Source: Planctopirus limnophila DSM 3776
GTDB lineage: Bacteria; Planctomycetota; Planctomycetia; Planctomycetales; Planctomycetaceae
Assembly: GCF_000092105.1 (NCBI RefSeq)
Contig: NC_014148.1
Location: forward strand, 960,001 to 992,000
DNA length: 32,000 nt
Reading direction: 5' to 3'
Shown in pieces: positions 1-8,596 of the stretch. The position numbers and the translations under genes were made by a program. Within the stretch, counting starts at the first letter, position 1. Each line of letters begins with the position of its first letter. Under the pieces are notes generated by a model. The model worked only from the letters and a program-made list of their open reading frames with translations. It did no database searches and was not told the origin of the DNA.

Positions 1-63
1 GCCTGCCTCTGTCGGGTTATACTGCACTGAAACGCTTTCCTTAGCCTTTTCGGTGCAAAAACA

Positions 64-1128
64 ATGGCTTCGTTGACATACGAATCTGCAGGGGTTGATC
101 TCAAGCTTTACGATGAGGCGATGAAGCGGCTGCCCGCGCTCATGGCTCGAACTCATACACCGCGGGTTGTGTCAATCAACGACGCTTTTGGCGGTTTGTT
201 CCGACTCAATCACAGCCGCAAACCAGGGCAGCACAGTTACGAAGACCCTGTGCTGGTTTCGGGGACTGATGGCGTGGGTACCAAACTCAAAGTGGCGATT
301 CAGCTCAAGAGCTATAAGACGGTTGGTATCGATCTGGTGGGGATGTCCGTCAACGATGTGCTCTGCATGGGAGCCGAGCCACTTTTCTTCCTAGATTATC
401 TGGCTTTAGGAAAAGATGATCCTGATCTTGTCGCCAGCCTGGTCGAAGGAGTTGCTAAAGGCTGCGAAGAATGTGGAGCAGCTCTCTTAGGCGGCGAAAC
501 CGCCATTATGCCGGATATCTATGCGGCTGGCGATTTTGATATGGCTGGCTTTTGTACGGGTGTCGTCGAACGCAAGCGGCTCATCGACGGAAAAGCAGTC
601 AAACCCGGCGACGTGCTCATTGGTTTGCCTTCCAGTGGGTTCCACTCGAATGGTTACAGCCTCGTGCGCAAGGTGGTTTTCGAAGTCGCCAAACTCAAGG
701 TCGAGCAACAGATTCCCGAACTCGGCACCACAGTCGGCGAAGCCTTGCTCAAGCCCACGCGGCTGTATGTTCGTCAGGTGCTGAGTGTCTTGCGACGATA
801 CACCAGCCGGATTGCGGTGAGTGGGCTGGCACATATCACAGGTGGTGGTCTTCGCGATAACATCGAGCGATTTCTGCCGCCCGGCGCCCATGTGGTGATT
901 GATCGAAAATCGTGGGAAATCCCGGCACTCTTCCGCTGGTTACAGTCGCTGGGTGGTATCGACCGGGAAGAGATGTACAAAGTCTTCAATATGGGGATCG
1001 GGTTTGTCCTGATTGTCAGACCGCAATTTGCTGCCAGTATTGAAAAGCAGCTTCTCGCTATGGGCGAAAATCCTGTTCGCATTGGCGAAGTCAAAAGTGG
1101 CGAAGCCGGCGTGGAGTACGTGGGATGA
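64..1128 (+). CDS. purM: Phosphoribosylformylglycinamidine cyclo-ligase (AIR synthetase, PurM)
   Basis: 354-aa ORF with ATG at 64. PurM/AIRS family motifs are visible in the translation: YESAGVDL near the N-terminus, SGTDGVGTKLK, DLVGMSVNDVLCMGAEPLFFLDYLA, LLGGETAIMPD, PSSGFHSNGYSLVRK, LAHITGGGL, FNMGIGFVLIV. Confidence 0.95.
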   Translation: MASLTYESAGVDLKLYDEAMKRLPALMARTHTPRVVSINDAFGGLFRLNHSRKPGQHSYEDPVLVSGTDGVGTKLKVAIQLKSYKTVGIDLVGMSVNDVLCMGAEPLFFLDYLALGKDDPDLVASLVEGVAKGCEECGAALLGGETAIMPDIYAAGDFDMAGFCTGVVERKRLIDGKAVKPGDVLIGLPSSGFHSNGYSLVRKVVFEVAKLKVEQQIPELGTTVGEALLKPTRLYVRQVLSVLRRYTSRIAVSGLAHITGGGLRDNIERFLPPGAHVVIDRKSWEIPALFRWLQSLGGIDREEMYKVFNMGIGFVLIVRPQFAASIEKQLLAMGENPVRIGEVKSGEAGVEYVG

Positions 1129-1958
1129 CAACTGAAAATCGGCAGCTCCAGGCCAACTATCTGCGAGTGCTGATGGTTTTCTTCCGCAATGCTCTGGTGC
1201 GCGAGCTCTCGTTTCGCAGCAACTTCATGATCACGTTGTTCTCGCGACTTTTCTGGTTTGCGGCTCAAATCGTGATGTTCGATCTGATATTTCGCGTCGT
1301 CCCGCAAATCAACGAGTGGACGAGAGCCGAATACTTCGGATTTATGGCCACGGGCATGCTGATCAACGCGATCGTCGAGGCGATCTTTATGCCCAATTGT
1401 GCCAACTTCAGCGAGATGATCCGTACGGGTTCACTTGATTTTGCTTTGCTCAAGCCGATTGATACCCAATTCCTGGTCTCGTTTGAAAAAATGGATCTCT
1501 CCATGGCGAACCAGATTGTGTTCGCGATCGGGTTACTAGGCTACGCGATCTATCAGAATGGTGTCTGGCCCTCAGGATGGGTGCTGGTGATCTATCCGTT
1601 ATTGCTGCTCTCGGCTGTCGCCTTTTTCTACAGCCTCATGCTGGCACTGGCAGCGTCCAGTATCTGGTTGGGCAGAAACCAGGGTCTGCTCGATTTCTGG
1701 TTCTATGTGACCGTCTTTGCTCGCTACCCAGCCAGCATTTACAGCGGTTCGCCGATTGGAGAACTCATACGGTTCACATTCCAGTTCGTGATTCCCATTC
1801 TGCTGGTTGTGACTGTCCCCGCGCAGGTGGTGATGTCGATGATCACGGCGCCATCCCTGTGGACGTTATTGACCTTAGTCGCTGCTGGATTTTCGCTCAT
1901 ATGTTCGCGCTGGATCTTTCAGTTCGCACTGACCCAGTATCGCAGTGCCAGTTCTTGA
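1125..1958 (+). CDS. ABC-2 family transporter permease (ABC2_membrane_6 / DUF990-like), orphan
   Basis: 277-aa ORF. Its ATG at 1125 overlaps the purM stop (ATGA at 1125-1128). It has multiple hydrophobic helices. YLRVLMVFFRNALVRELSFRSNF and IRTGSLDFALLKPIDTQF resemble the ABC-2 permease family, which normally pairs with a separate ATPase. No co-oriented ATPase is adjacent. Confidence 0.75.
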   Translation: MTTENRQLQANYLRVLMVFFRNALVRELSFRSNFMITLFSRLFWFAAQIVMFDLIFRVVPQINEWTRAEYFGFMATGMLINAIVEAIFMPNCANFSEMIRTGSLDFALLKPIDTQFLVSFEKMDLSMANQIVFAIGLLGYAIYQNGVWPSGWVLVIYPLLLLSAVAFFYSLMLALAASSIWLGRNQGLLDFWFYVTVFARYPASIYSGSPIGELIRFTFQFVIPILLVVTVPAQVVMSMITAPSLWTLLTLVAAGFSLICSRWIFQFALTQYRSASS

Positions 1959-1999
1959 GCCTGTAGGGAGCCAGTTCGGAAGCAATCAGGCTGCATTGT

Positions 2000-3847
2000 T
2001 CAGCCCGCTGGTGGCAGCGTAACGGCACGGGAAAATCGTTCGTACAGCCGGGCGTAATGCCCCTGCCTGGCAATCAACTGGTGATGATTTCCCCGCTCGA
2101 TGATTTCCCCATGATCGAGAACCAGAATGGTGCTGGCCTCACGAATGGTACTGAGCCGGTGGGCCACCACAAAACAGGTGCGGCCCTGCATCACCACTTT
2201 GAGTGCCTGTTGCAGACGAATTTCCGTCACGATATCGATGCTGCTCGTCGCTTCATCAAGAATCAGAATTCGCGGGTTGGCCAGCAATGCCCGGGCAAAA
2301 CAGACCATTTGCCGCTGCCCGAGCGAAAGCTGGGCACCACGTTCTCCCACCGGCGTTTCAAGACCTTGCGATAACCCGCTGAATTCCTCCCAGCAACCCA
2401 ATTGCCGACAGACACGTTGCACCTCTTCGAAAGAGGCATCGGGCCGGGCAAACCGGACGTTATCCAGCACCGTTCCCGCAAAGAGGAAATTGGTTTGCAG
2501 GACAATTCCAATCTGCCTATGGAGAGATTCACTCGTCACTCCCCGCAGATCGACTCCATCCACGCGGATCTGGCCAGAGTCAGGGAGCCAGAAGCGAGCC
2601 ACAAGATTGATGATCGATGTCTTGCCACTTCCGGTATGTCCCACCAGAGCAATCGTTTCACCCGGTTCGGCTTTGAAGTTGATCCCCTTCAAAACAGGCC
2701 GGCCAGGTTCATAACTGAACCACACATTGTCGAACTCGACTTGTCCTCGCACATCGGGCAAGGGCCGGGCATTTGGCAAATCTGTCCATTCCGGCGGCGT
2801 ATCCAGCAGTGCAAACAATCGCTCAGCCCCGGCCATCGCTGTCAGTGCCTGATTGTACTGATTGCCAAGAATCTGAATCGGCGAGAAGAACATGTTCGCC
2901 ATAAAGAAAAAACCGACCAGTTCGCCAATGGTCAGTGTCGAATCGGGTTGTAAAACGCGGTAACTCCCGACAATTAAAAGCAGCACCGCAAAGAACTGGC
3001 TGTTGAATTCCAGCAGTGGCAAAAAGAGCCCCTGGGCCTGCATCACACGCGTGTTGTATTTCGAATGATCCTGCACCAGTAACTTGAACAATCTCGCATT
3101 TTCATCCTGCCGACTGAACCCTTGCGTAACTCGCACGCCCAGGACAGATTCCGCCAAAGTGGCTGTCACCCGGCTGAAAGATTCCCGCAGTTGCCGCAAT
3201 AGTTCACTCATCAGCTTGTGGAAGTACCGATTGGTCAACCACAGAATCGGGGCCATCCCCAGCACCAGAAGAAACAGTCCCACGTCGTAATAGAGCATGC
3301 AGGCTGCCGCGACGAGCAACTGTCCAAACGCCACCAGGCTGACAAACAACACTTCCTGCACACCGACACGCACATCTTCCATATCCGAAATCATGCGGCT
3401 GATAATTCGCCCGACTTTTGTACGGTTAAAGAAACTCAAGGGCATGTTCTGCAGATGTGCAAACAACTCATTGCGGAGATCTTTAACGACAAGTTCACCC
3501 AGTTCGAGGGCGTAACGCTGTCGAAAATGCATCACGAACTGTGTCGAAAGTGCCAGAAGGAAAAATCCCCCCGCAGCCAGCCAGACCCCTGGAATATCTC
3601 GTGATGTGACAGGGCCATTGATGGTCAGTGCAATCGCCCAGGTCAATGCCGGTAGCTGAATCGCTCGGAGCACTACCGCCACCAGAAGTGCATTCCGTTT
3701 GGCTGCATAGGGCCGCATATAAGTCAGAATTCGGGAAATCAGCCGGAAATCCAGAGGCCTGGTCTGTGCCTCGGATTCCTCCTTACGCACAACCTGCGTC
3801 AGTCCTTGAAGATCCCCGATGATCGCTTGCGGAGCAGATGACTTCAT
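2000..3847 (-). CDS. ABC exporter fused permease/ATPase subunit (MsbA/TM288-like, consensus NBD with deviant signature)
   Basis: The ORF track gives 2000..3901 with a GTG start. I prefer the ATG at 3847..3845, which overlaps the upstream gene's TGA at 3846..3844 (ATGA coupling). An N-terminal 6-helix-type TMD is followed by an NBD: Walker A GHTGSGKTS, signature LSLGQRQ (G to L deviation), Walker B ILILDEATS, H-loop VVAHRLST. Confidence 0.9.
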   Translation of the reverse strand: MKSSAPQAIIGDLQGLTQVVRKEESEAQTRPLDFRLISRILTYMRPYAAKRNALLVAVVLRAIQLPALTWAIALTINGPVTSRDIPGVWLAAGGFFLLALSTQFVMHFRQRYALELGELVVKDLRNELFAHLQNMPLSFFNRTKVGRIISRMISDMEDVRVGVQEVLFVSLVAFGQLLVAAACMLYYDVGLFLLVLGMAPILWLTNRYFHKLMSELLRQLRESFSRVTATLAESVLGVRVTQGFSRQDENARLFKLLVQDHSKYNTRVMQAQGLFLPLLEFNSQFFAVLLLIVGSYRVLQPDSTLTIGELVGFFFMANMFFSPIQILGNQYNQALTAMAGAERLFALLDTPPEWTDLPNARPLPDVRGQVEFDNVWFSYEPGRPVLKGINFKAEPGETIALVGHTGSGKTSIINLVARFWLPDSGQIRVDGVDLRGVTSESLHRQIGIVLQTNFLFAGTVLDNVRFARPDASFEEVQRVCRQLGCWEEFSGLSQGLETPVGERGAQLSLGQRQMVCFARALLANPRILILDEATSSIDIVTEIRLQQALKVVMQGRTCFVVAHRLSTIREASTILVLDHGEIIERGNHHQLIARQGHYARLYERFSRAVTLPPAG

Positions 3848-5796
3848 ACGTTGCGGATCCCTTTCGTTTGCGGAAAGGCCGCTCCTTGCGCACTGGGCCA
3901 CGAACTGGCTTCACGATCCTCTGGTAACGAATCTTCAGGCTCAGTCAGTGTCTGTTCCCACGCCTGCAATTGGGCCATCTGGAAGTAATGGCCATGCTTC
4001 TGCATCAATTCCTGATGATTGCCCGTTTCAGCCAGCATCCCGGCATTCAGCACAAAAATCTGATCTGCATGTCTTAACGTACTGACTCGACTCGAAACGA
4101 GAATGACTGTTCGTTCGCCGCGAAGTCGATCAAGCGTCTGCTGGATGGCATGCTCGGTTTCAGAATCCACAGCCGCTGTGGCGTCATCAAGAATCAGGAC
4201 CGGCGGACGAAGGATCAACGCACGCGCCAGTGAGATTCGCTGTTTCTGACCACCCGAAAGGTTAGTGCCATACTCACCAACCACGTTCTGGTATTGCCCG
4301 GGCATGGCCGAGATAAATTCTTCCGCAGCCGCCTGGCGGGCCGCAAATTCGATTTCATCGAGAGTCGCCGAGGGCTTACCAAAGGCAATATTGTTCGAGA
4401 CCGTATTGCTGAATAGAAAACTTTCCTGAAAGACCATCCCGATCTGTCGTCGCAAAAGAGGCAGATCCCACGCTTTCAAATCGACACCATCGAGCAATAT
4501 GCGGCCTGAAGTCGGATCATGAAACCTGGTCAACAAAGCCAGTAAGGTCGTTTTTCCCGCACCGGTTTCTCCGGTGATCCCCACCATCTGGCCCGAACCA
4601 ATCCGCAGGTTGATCTCTTTGAGCACAGGCTTGCCGGGAACATATTCGAAGCTCACCTGCTCCAGCACATATTCTCCACGAACTTGAACTGGCTGCTGTG
4701 GCGATGCGGGAGAATCGACTTCGAGTGGCGCATCGAGTATCTCGAATACACGTTCCGAAGCGGTCAAGCTGCTCTGAATACTGTTGGCAATATTGGTGAC
4801 ATGGCCCACCTGGTTGGCAAATTCGTGCAGCAGGTTGGCAAAGACGAATAACCCCGTTCCGAGAGGCAATTCGCCACGAATCGTCAGATAACTGCCATAC
4901 CCGATGAGCACCAGCATATTGATCTGCGTGAGAATCCCCATGATGGGCTGATAGAGGCTCAGGCTCCAGAAGATCCCGAACTTATGTTCCACAATCCTGC
5001 GGTTGGCTTCGGCAAATCGCTCGATCTGTCCCTCTTCGGCAGCAAAGCCTTTCACGACTTGAATGCCCTGCACATTCTCGGAAAGAACCCGCACCATCTC
5101 GTCGCCCAGTTTGCTGGCCTCGAGATACTGCTCGCGCGACACCCGGGCAAACCAGATGGCACCCCACCACAAGAGTGGTGTCGTCGCGAGGCAGGCAATC
5201 GTCAGGCCGACATTCAACCGCAGCATATAGACAATGCAGACAGCCAGTGTGATCACCACCACCAGGCACTTGATGACCACACCATCCACAAACTGCCGGA
5301 TGGCCTGGACATCACCCGCCACTCGATTGATCAGCGAACTGCTGTCATGGTCGTCAAAGTACCGAAACGACAATCTCTGCAGTTTGTCGTAAACCTCGGT
5401 TCGTAATTGAATCACAATCTGCTGGCTCAGTTGGGCCGATACGATCGCCGCCCAGTATTTGATCGCCAGGGACAAAACCGCCATCAACGCCATCATGACA
5501 GCGACCGTTGACAATTCTGCCACCAGTGACCAGCTCTCGGGTGGTGCATAGCCCAGAGGCCAGCGCACAGCCGGAGCCGCCGGATCCACAGCCTTTCGTA
5601 AGACGTCGATCCCTAACCCCGTGAGTTGAAATCCCACCAGTCCCAGAATGGCGACAAATCCATTGAGGAAGACCACAGCCAGACATTTTTTGCGATATCG
5701 CCACGCCAGGCCGAGCAGCCTCAATACGAGATGACGGGCTGGAGCCTGTGCTTCGTTAGCGGTATTTGGGCGGGAATCGACAGCAGCGGGTGACAA
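3844..5796 (-). CDS. ABC exporter fused permease/ATPase subunit with degenerate catalytic site (TM287/LmrC-like)
   Basis: 650-aa ORF. The start is TTG at 5796; there is no upstream ATG, and an alternative TTG lies at 5724. TMD then NBD: Walker A GETGAGKTT, signature LSGGQKQ, Walker B VLILDDATA (catalytic Glu replaced by Asp), H-loop position VSSRVST (His replaced by Ser). Confidence 0.9.
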   Translation of the reverse strand: MSPAAVDSRPNTANEAQAPARHLVLRLLGLAWRYRKKCLAVVFLNGFVAILGLVGFQLTGLGIDVLRKAVDPAAPAVRWPLGYAPPESWSLVAELSTVAVMMALMAVLSLAIKYWAAIVSAQLSQQIVIQLRTEVYDKLQRLSFRYFDDHDSSSLINRVAGDVQAIRQFVDGVVIKCLVVVITLAVCIVYMLRLNVGLTIACLATTPLLWWGAIWFARVSREQYLEASKLGDEMVRVLSENVQGIQVVKGFAAEEGQIERFAEANRRIVEHKFGIFWSLSLYQPIMGILTQINMLVLIGYGSYLTIRGELPLGTGLFVFANLLHEFANQVGHVTNIANSIQSSLTASERVFEILDAPLEVDSPASPQQPVQVRGEYVLEQVSFEYVPGKPVLKEINLRIGSGQMVGITGETGAGKTTLLALLTRFHDPTSGRILLDGVDLKAWDLPLLRRQIGMVFQESFLFSNTVSNNIAFGKPSATLDEIEFAARQAAAEEFISAMPGQYQNVVGEYGTNLSGGQKQRISLARALILRPPVLILDDATAAVDSETEHAIQQTLDRLRGERTVILVSSRVSTLRHADQIFVLNAGMLAETGNHQELMQKHGHYFQMAQLQAWEQTLTEPEDSLPEDREASSWPSAQGAAFPQTKGIRNV

Positions 5797-6155
5797 ACTT
5801 CACATCCATGCATCGTCTGAGAGAACCATGGCCATTGTCTTATTGCCAGTCCCCTCGCGGAATTGTCTGCAACACAACCGCTTTAGAGTAATAGCCCGTC
5901 TCCCAGCATTTCAACCGCTAAGGTCAATTCCATTGAGTGCTTTGACAATTCTCCCTAGGGCGATCTGGGTCAACGAAGAACTCGATGCTGACACTTTTCC
6001 ATTTTTCCAGTGGACAAAACAGCCGCTTTCATGCGAGAACGACTGAATTGGTCGTTAAGATACCGACCAGCCAGTTTCAATTTCAGCTTCATTCACCAAA
6101 TGGAGCGATGGAGTTACGGAAAACTTCAAGGCGAGACATCTCAGGAGGCTTAGTG

Positions 6156-7022
6156 ATGGCAAGGTTATGGACGAAGTTTGCTGGTCATGGATTGTGTCAG
6201 TTAGTGGTACTTCTGGCTCTTAGCTCGAGTGGGACGGTTCAGGCGCAACTGGGAACCTTTCAACCCGATGATCGATCCCGCGGCATTCAAGGCGTGGATC
6301 CTCGTCTGGTTCAACCTCGATTGTTGCCTCCGACTCCACAGTTCCCGCAACCCAACCTTCCCCGTTGGAAAATGGGAATTGAAGGCGAAGACTTCGATGT
6401 CGGCGTCCGTGTGACTGAAGTTTACCGGCCCACGCCGGCCAGCCGGGCCGGGATTGAGGTCGACGATATCATCATTACCGTCAACGGCTATCAGGTCGGT
6501 ATCGTCAACGGCCAGCTCTTTGACATCGGAGAAGAGTTTCAAAAACGAGCCGACTCTCGCGGGTATGTCAACCTGCTCATCTGGAATCACCGGGATCGCA
6601 CACTGGCCAATCGAGTGGTTCGACTTGAACGGTCCTTGATACCCAATCCTCCCTCCAGGCTATCGACTCTGGTCGGCACAGTCACCTACCGCGAGCGCAT
6701 GGCTCTGCCACCAAACTCCGTGGTCGAAGTTCGATTGGTCGACATCACGGATAACCCCCGGTTCCCTCGCGTGCTGGTCGATGAAGTCATCGAAAATCCA
6801 CGCAGTGTGCCCGTTTCTTTCCGGCTGAACTTCGATGGTGACGAGATTGATCAAAGACGCATTTACGCCATTGATGCACAAATCTGGACACAGGGCCGAC
6901 TCCAGTGGTCGACAGCCACTCCCGTGCAGGTCATTACGCGCGGCAATCCGAATCGCAGCATTGATCTCATGCTGACACGATCGGTCGTAGCCCCTGTCTT
7001 TGATGGTGGTTTTGGTCGCTGA
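6156..7022 (+). CDS. Secreted PDZ domain protein with C-terminal YbaY/YscW-like domain
   Basis: The ORF track starts at 5985. I prefer the ATG at 6156, preceded by AGGAGG (6143-6148) and followed by a signal peptide, MARLWTKFAGHGLCQLVVLLALSSSGTVQAQ. PDZ-like segment: GVRVTEVYRPTPASRAGIEVDDIIITVNGYQV. The C-terminal GTVTYRERMALPPNSVVEVRLVDITD...VPVSFRLNFD...YAIDAQI matches the pattern of E. coli YbaY (GTVWIRQKVALPPDAVLTVTLSDAS...FSFVLPF). Confidence 0.75.
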   Translation: MARLWTKFAGHGLCQLVVLLALSSSGTVQAQLGTFQPDDRSRGIQGVDPRLVQPRLLPPTPQFPQPNLPRWKMGIEGEDFDVGVRVTEVYRPTPASRAGIEVDDIIITVNGYQVGIVNGQLFDIGEEFQKRADSRGYVNLLIWNHRDRTLANRVVRLERSLIPNPPSRLSTLVGTVTYRERMALPPNSVVEVRLVDITDNPRFPRVLVDEVIENPRSVPVSFRLNFDGDEIDQRRIYAIDAQIWTQGRLQWSTATPVQVITRGNPNRSIDLMLTRSVVAPVFDGGFGR

Positions 7023-7110
7023 AATTCTGCTGGTTTTCTCTCATGAACAGGTGAGAGACATGCTGATCGATCATGCGATCCATCGAAACATCGACCTTGT
7101 CACAACTCAT

Positions 7111-7140
7111 CAGCCCGGCTTCTTGATTGAGGCCGGGCTG
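7111..7140. terminator. Hairpin between convergent genes (possible bidirectional terminator)
   Basis: Perfect 9-bp inverted repeat CAGCCCGGC (7111-7119) / GCCGGGCTG (7132-7140) with a 12-nt loop. It lies between the stop of the PDZ gene (7022) and the stop of the minus-strand gene (7154). There is only a weak T-run (CTTTG) after it. Confidence 0.45.
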
Positions 7141-7153
7141 CTTTGCTGGCAGT

Positions 7154-8590
7154 TCATTGTGCTTCAATTTTTCCGCGGGGATGGCGTGCCGCCTCTTCAC
7201 GAGAAGCCGTCAGGCGATTCTGGTTGTGCCATTGCAGGAATTTGAGATCTTCTGGTGTATTCGTAGTTACATCGAAGAAAACCACTCCCATTTCATCAGC
7301 AGTCTGTTCTCCCCAGAAAATGTCTTGCGGCGGTTGATGGGGATTTCTGGGGTTCGACGACGAGTTGTTGTACACGAACGTCGTCCTGAGGCGTGTTCCA
7401 CCGCGTAATGTCAGTGGTGTTCGCGGCAGGTAGACCTGCTGCCAGTTCATATTCCAGCGCGGGATCTCGAGCAGAATTGTAGGACCTTTCTCAAAATCAA
7501 TCGCTTCAATGAGCACTGAAGTCGCCACTTGATGTGCATGCGGAGCAATCCCGTAGATCGTCACATCGACTGGCAAAACGTACTCCGCGATATGCCGATG
7601 AGAAGCACGGTCCGCAGGGATCTGAAGATCCAGATTCGCCATGATCAGTTCAACCACCTGCTTCTGGACAGGTTCTTTGGCGAAATGAATTTTGATTCGC
7701 GAGCGATCATGCTCCACACGCCCTGAGGGGTGATAATGCATCTGCAAGACGAGATCGGCACCGCGATCCACCTTGCGGGCGACCCCGGGAGGAAATGCCA
7801 TCGGCTGTGCCCCCGGTGCCCAGCCTCCTAAGGTGCTTGAGGCTGTAAAACCACTGCCGCCATATCGCCGGTAACCCAGTTCGGTCGTTTCGGCATCCAT
7901 CTCACGAGCCGTTCCCGAAGTGTCAGCCATAAAGCTGGCGTGATGCACCACGCTGGCTACTCCCGGCTCAAATTCAATCGCCTGGATCCATTGGTCCTTC
8001 GTCCAGCCTGTGCCGATTGGCACATACAGATAGATATCGTCGCCCTCTGCCGGGACTTCAAAATTCGATGGAAGTTCAAAAACGGCATCAGGCTCACCCA
8101 GTGGCGGCCTCTTTGTCTGAACCGATTGCGGAGTTACCTTGCTGGTCATGTCGTCGTTGAGTGGCGAAGGATCACCGGCCAGTCTCCCCTGTTGAATCCA
8201 CTCGGCAAAGAGTTGCTGCTCAGTGGCTGTTAAACGCCGCTCATGCTGTAAAAGCAAACCTCGGGCAGAGGGTGGCCATGGAGGCATACTTCCCTGCTGA
8301 ATCATTTGCAGACTGGTCAGTGCATGGGCTTTTGCCTGCGCGTAGCTTTCTAACGAAAATGGTGCCAGTCCTCCCTGACGATGACACTCCAGACAATGAG
8401 CCCGCAGAAGAGGCTCAACCTCACCATAATAGGTTCGCACGGTGGCAACAGCATGTGTATTGCCTGGTGAATCTGCTGCACCAGGTAGCTGACTGGCACC
8501 TGTCTGCCCCAGCGCAATGTGAGCACCACTTAAGAGCAGACTGCTCAAGGCCGCTATGATCGACAGGCAGTACGTCAGTTGACGCATCAT
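7154..8590 (-). CDS. Secreted cytochrome c domain fused to a copper type II ascorbate-dependent monooxygenase-like (PHM/DBH-like) domain
   Basis: 478 aa with signal peptide MMRQLTYCLSIIAALSSLLLSGAHIALGQ. Heme-binding CLECH sits in YYGEVEPLLRAHCLECHRQGGLAPFSLESY, followed by the MPPW motif. His/Met pattern resembles the PHM copper sites: VVHHASF (HH), QMHYHPSG, PHAHQV (HxH), ADEMGV (Met). Confidence 0.75.
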   Translation of the reverse strand: MMRQLTYCLSIIAALSSLLLSGAHIALGQTGASQLPGAADSPGNTHAVATVRTYYGEVEPLLRAHCLECHRQGGLAPFSLESYAQAKAHALTSLQMIQQGSMPPWPPSARGLLLQHERRLTATEQQLFAEWIQQGRLAGDPSPLNDDMTSKVTPQSVQTKRPPLGEPDAVFELPSNFEVPAEGDDIYLYVPIGTGWTKDQWIQAIEFEPGVASVVHHASFMADTSGTAREMDAETTELGYRRYGGSGFTASSTLGGWAPGAQPMAFPPGVARKVDRGADLVLQMHYHPSGRVEHDRSRIKIHFAKEPVQKQVVELIMANLDLQIPADRASHRHIAEYVLPVDVTIYGIAPHAHQVATSVLIEAIDFEKGPTILLEIPRWNMNWQQVYLPRTPLTLRGGTRLRTTFVYNNSSSNPRNPHQPPQDIFWGEQTADEMGVVFFDVTTNTPEDLKFLQWHNQNRLTASREEAARHPRGKIEAQ

Positions 8591-8596
8591 GAAGCA

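Noticed and set aside
3848-3901. Apparent 58-nt overlap between the two ABC exporter genes
   Set aside because: It arises only from the longest-ORF GTG start at 3901. The ATG at 3847 gives a canonical 4-nt ATGA overlap and a normal N-terminus, so the long overlap is probably not real.
5985-6155. 57-aa N-terminal extension of the PDZ/YbaY-like protein
   Set aside because: The extension lacks signal-peptide character. The ATG at 6156 has a perfect AGGAGG upstream and is immediately followed by a signal peptide.
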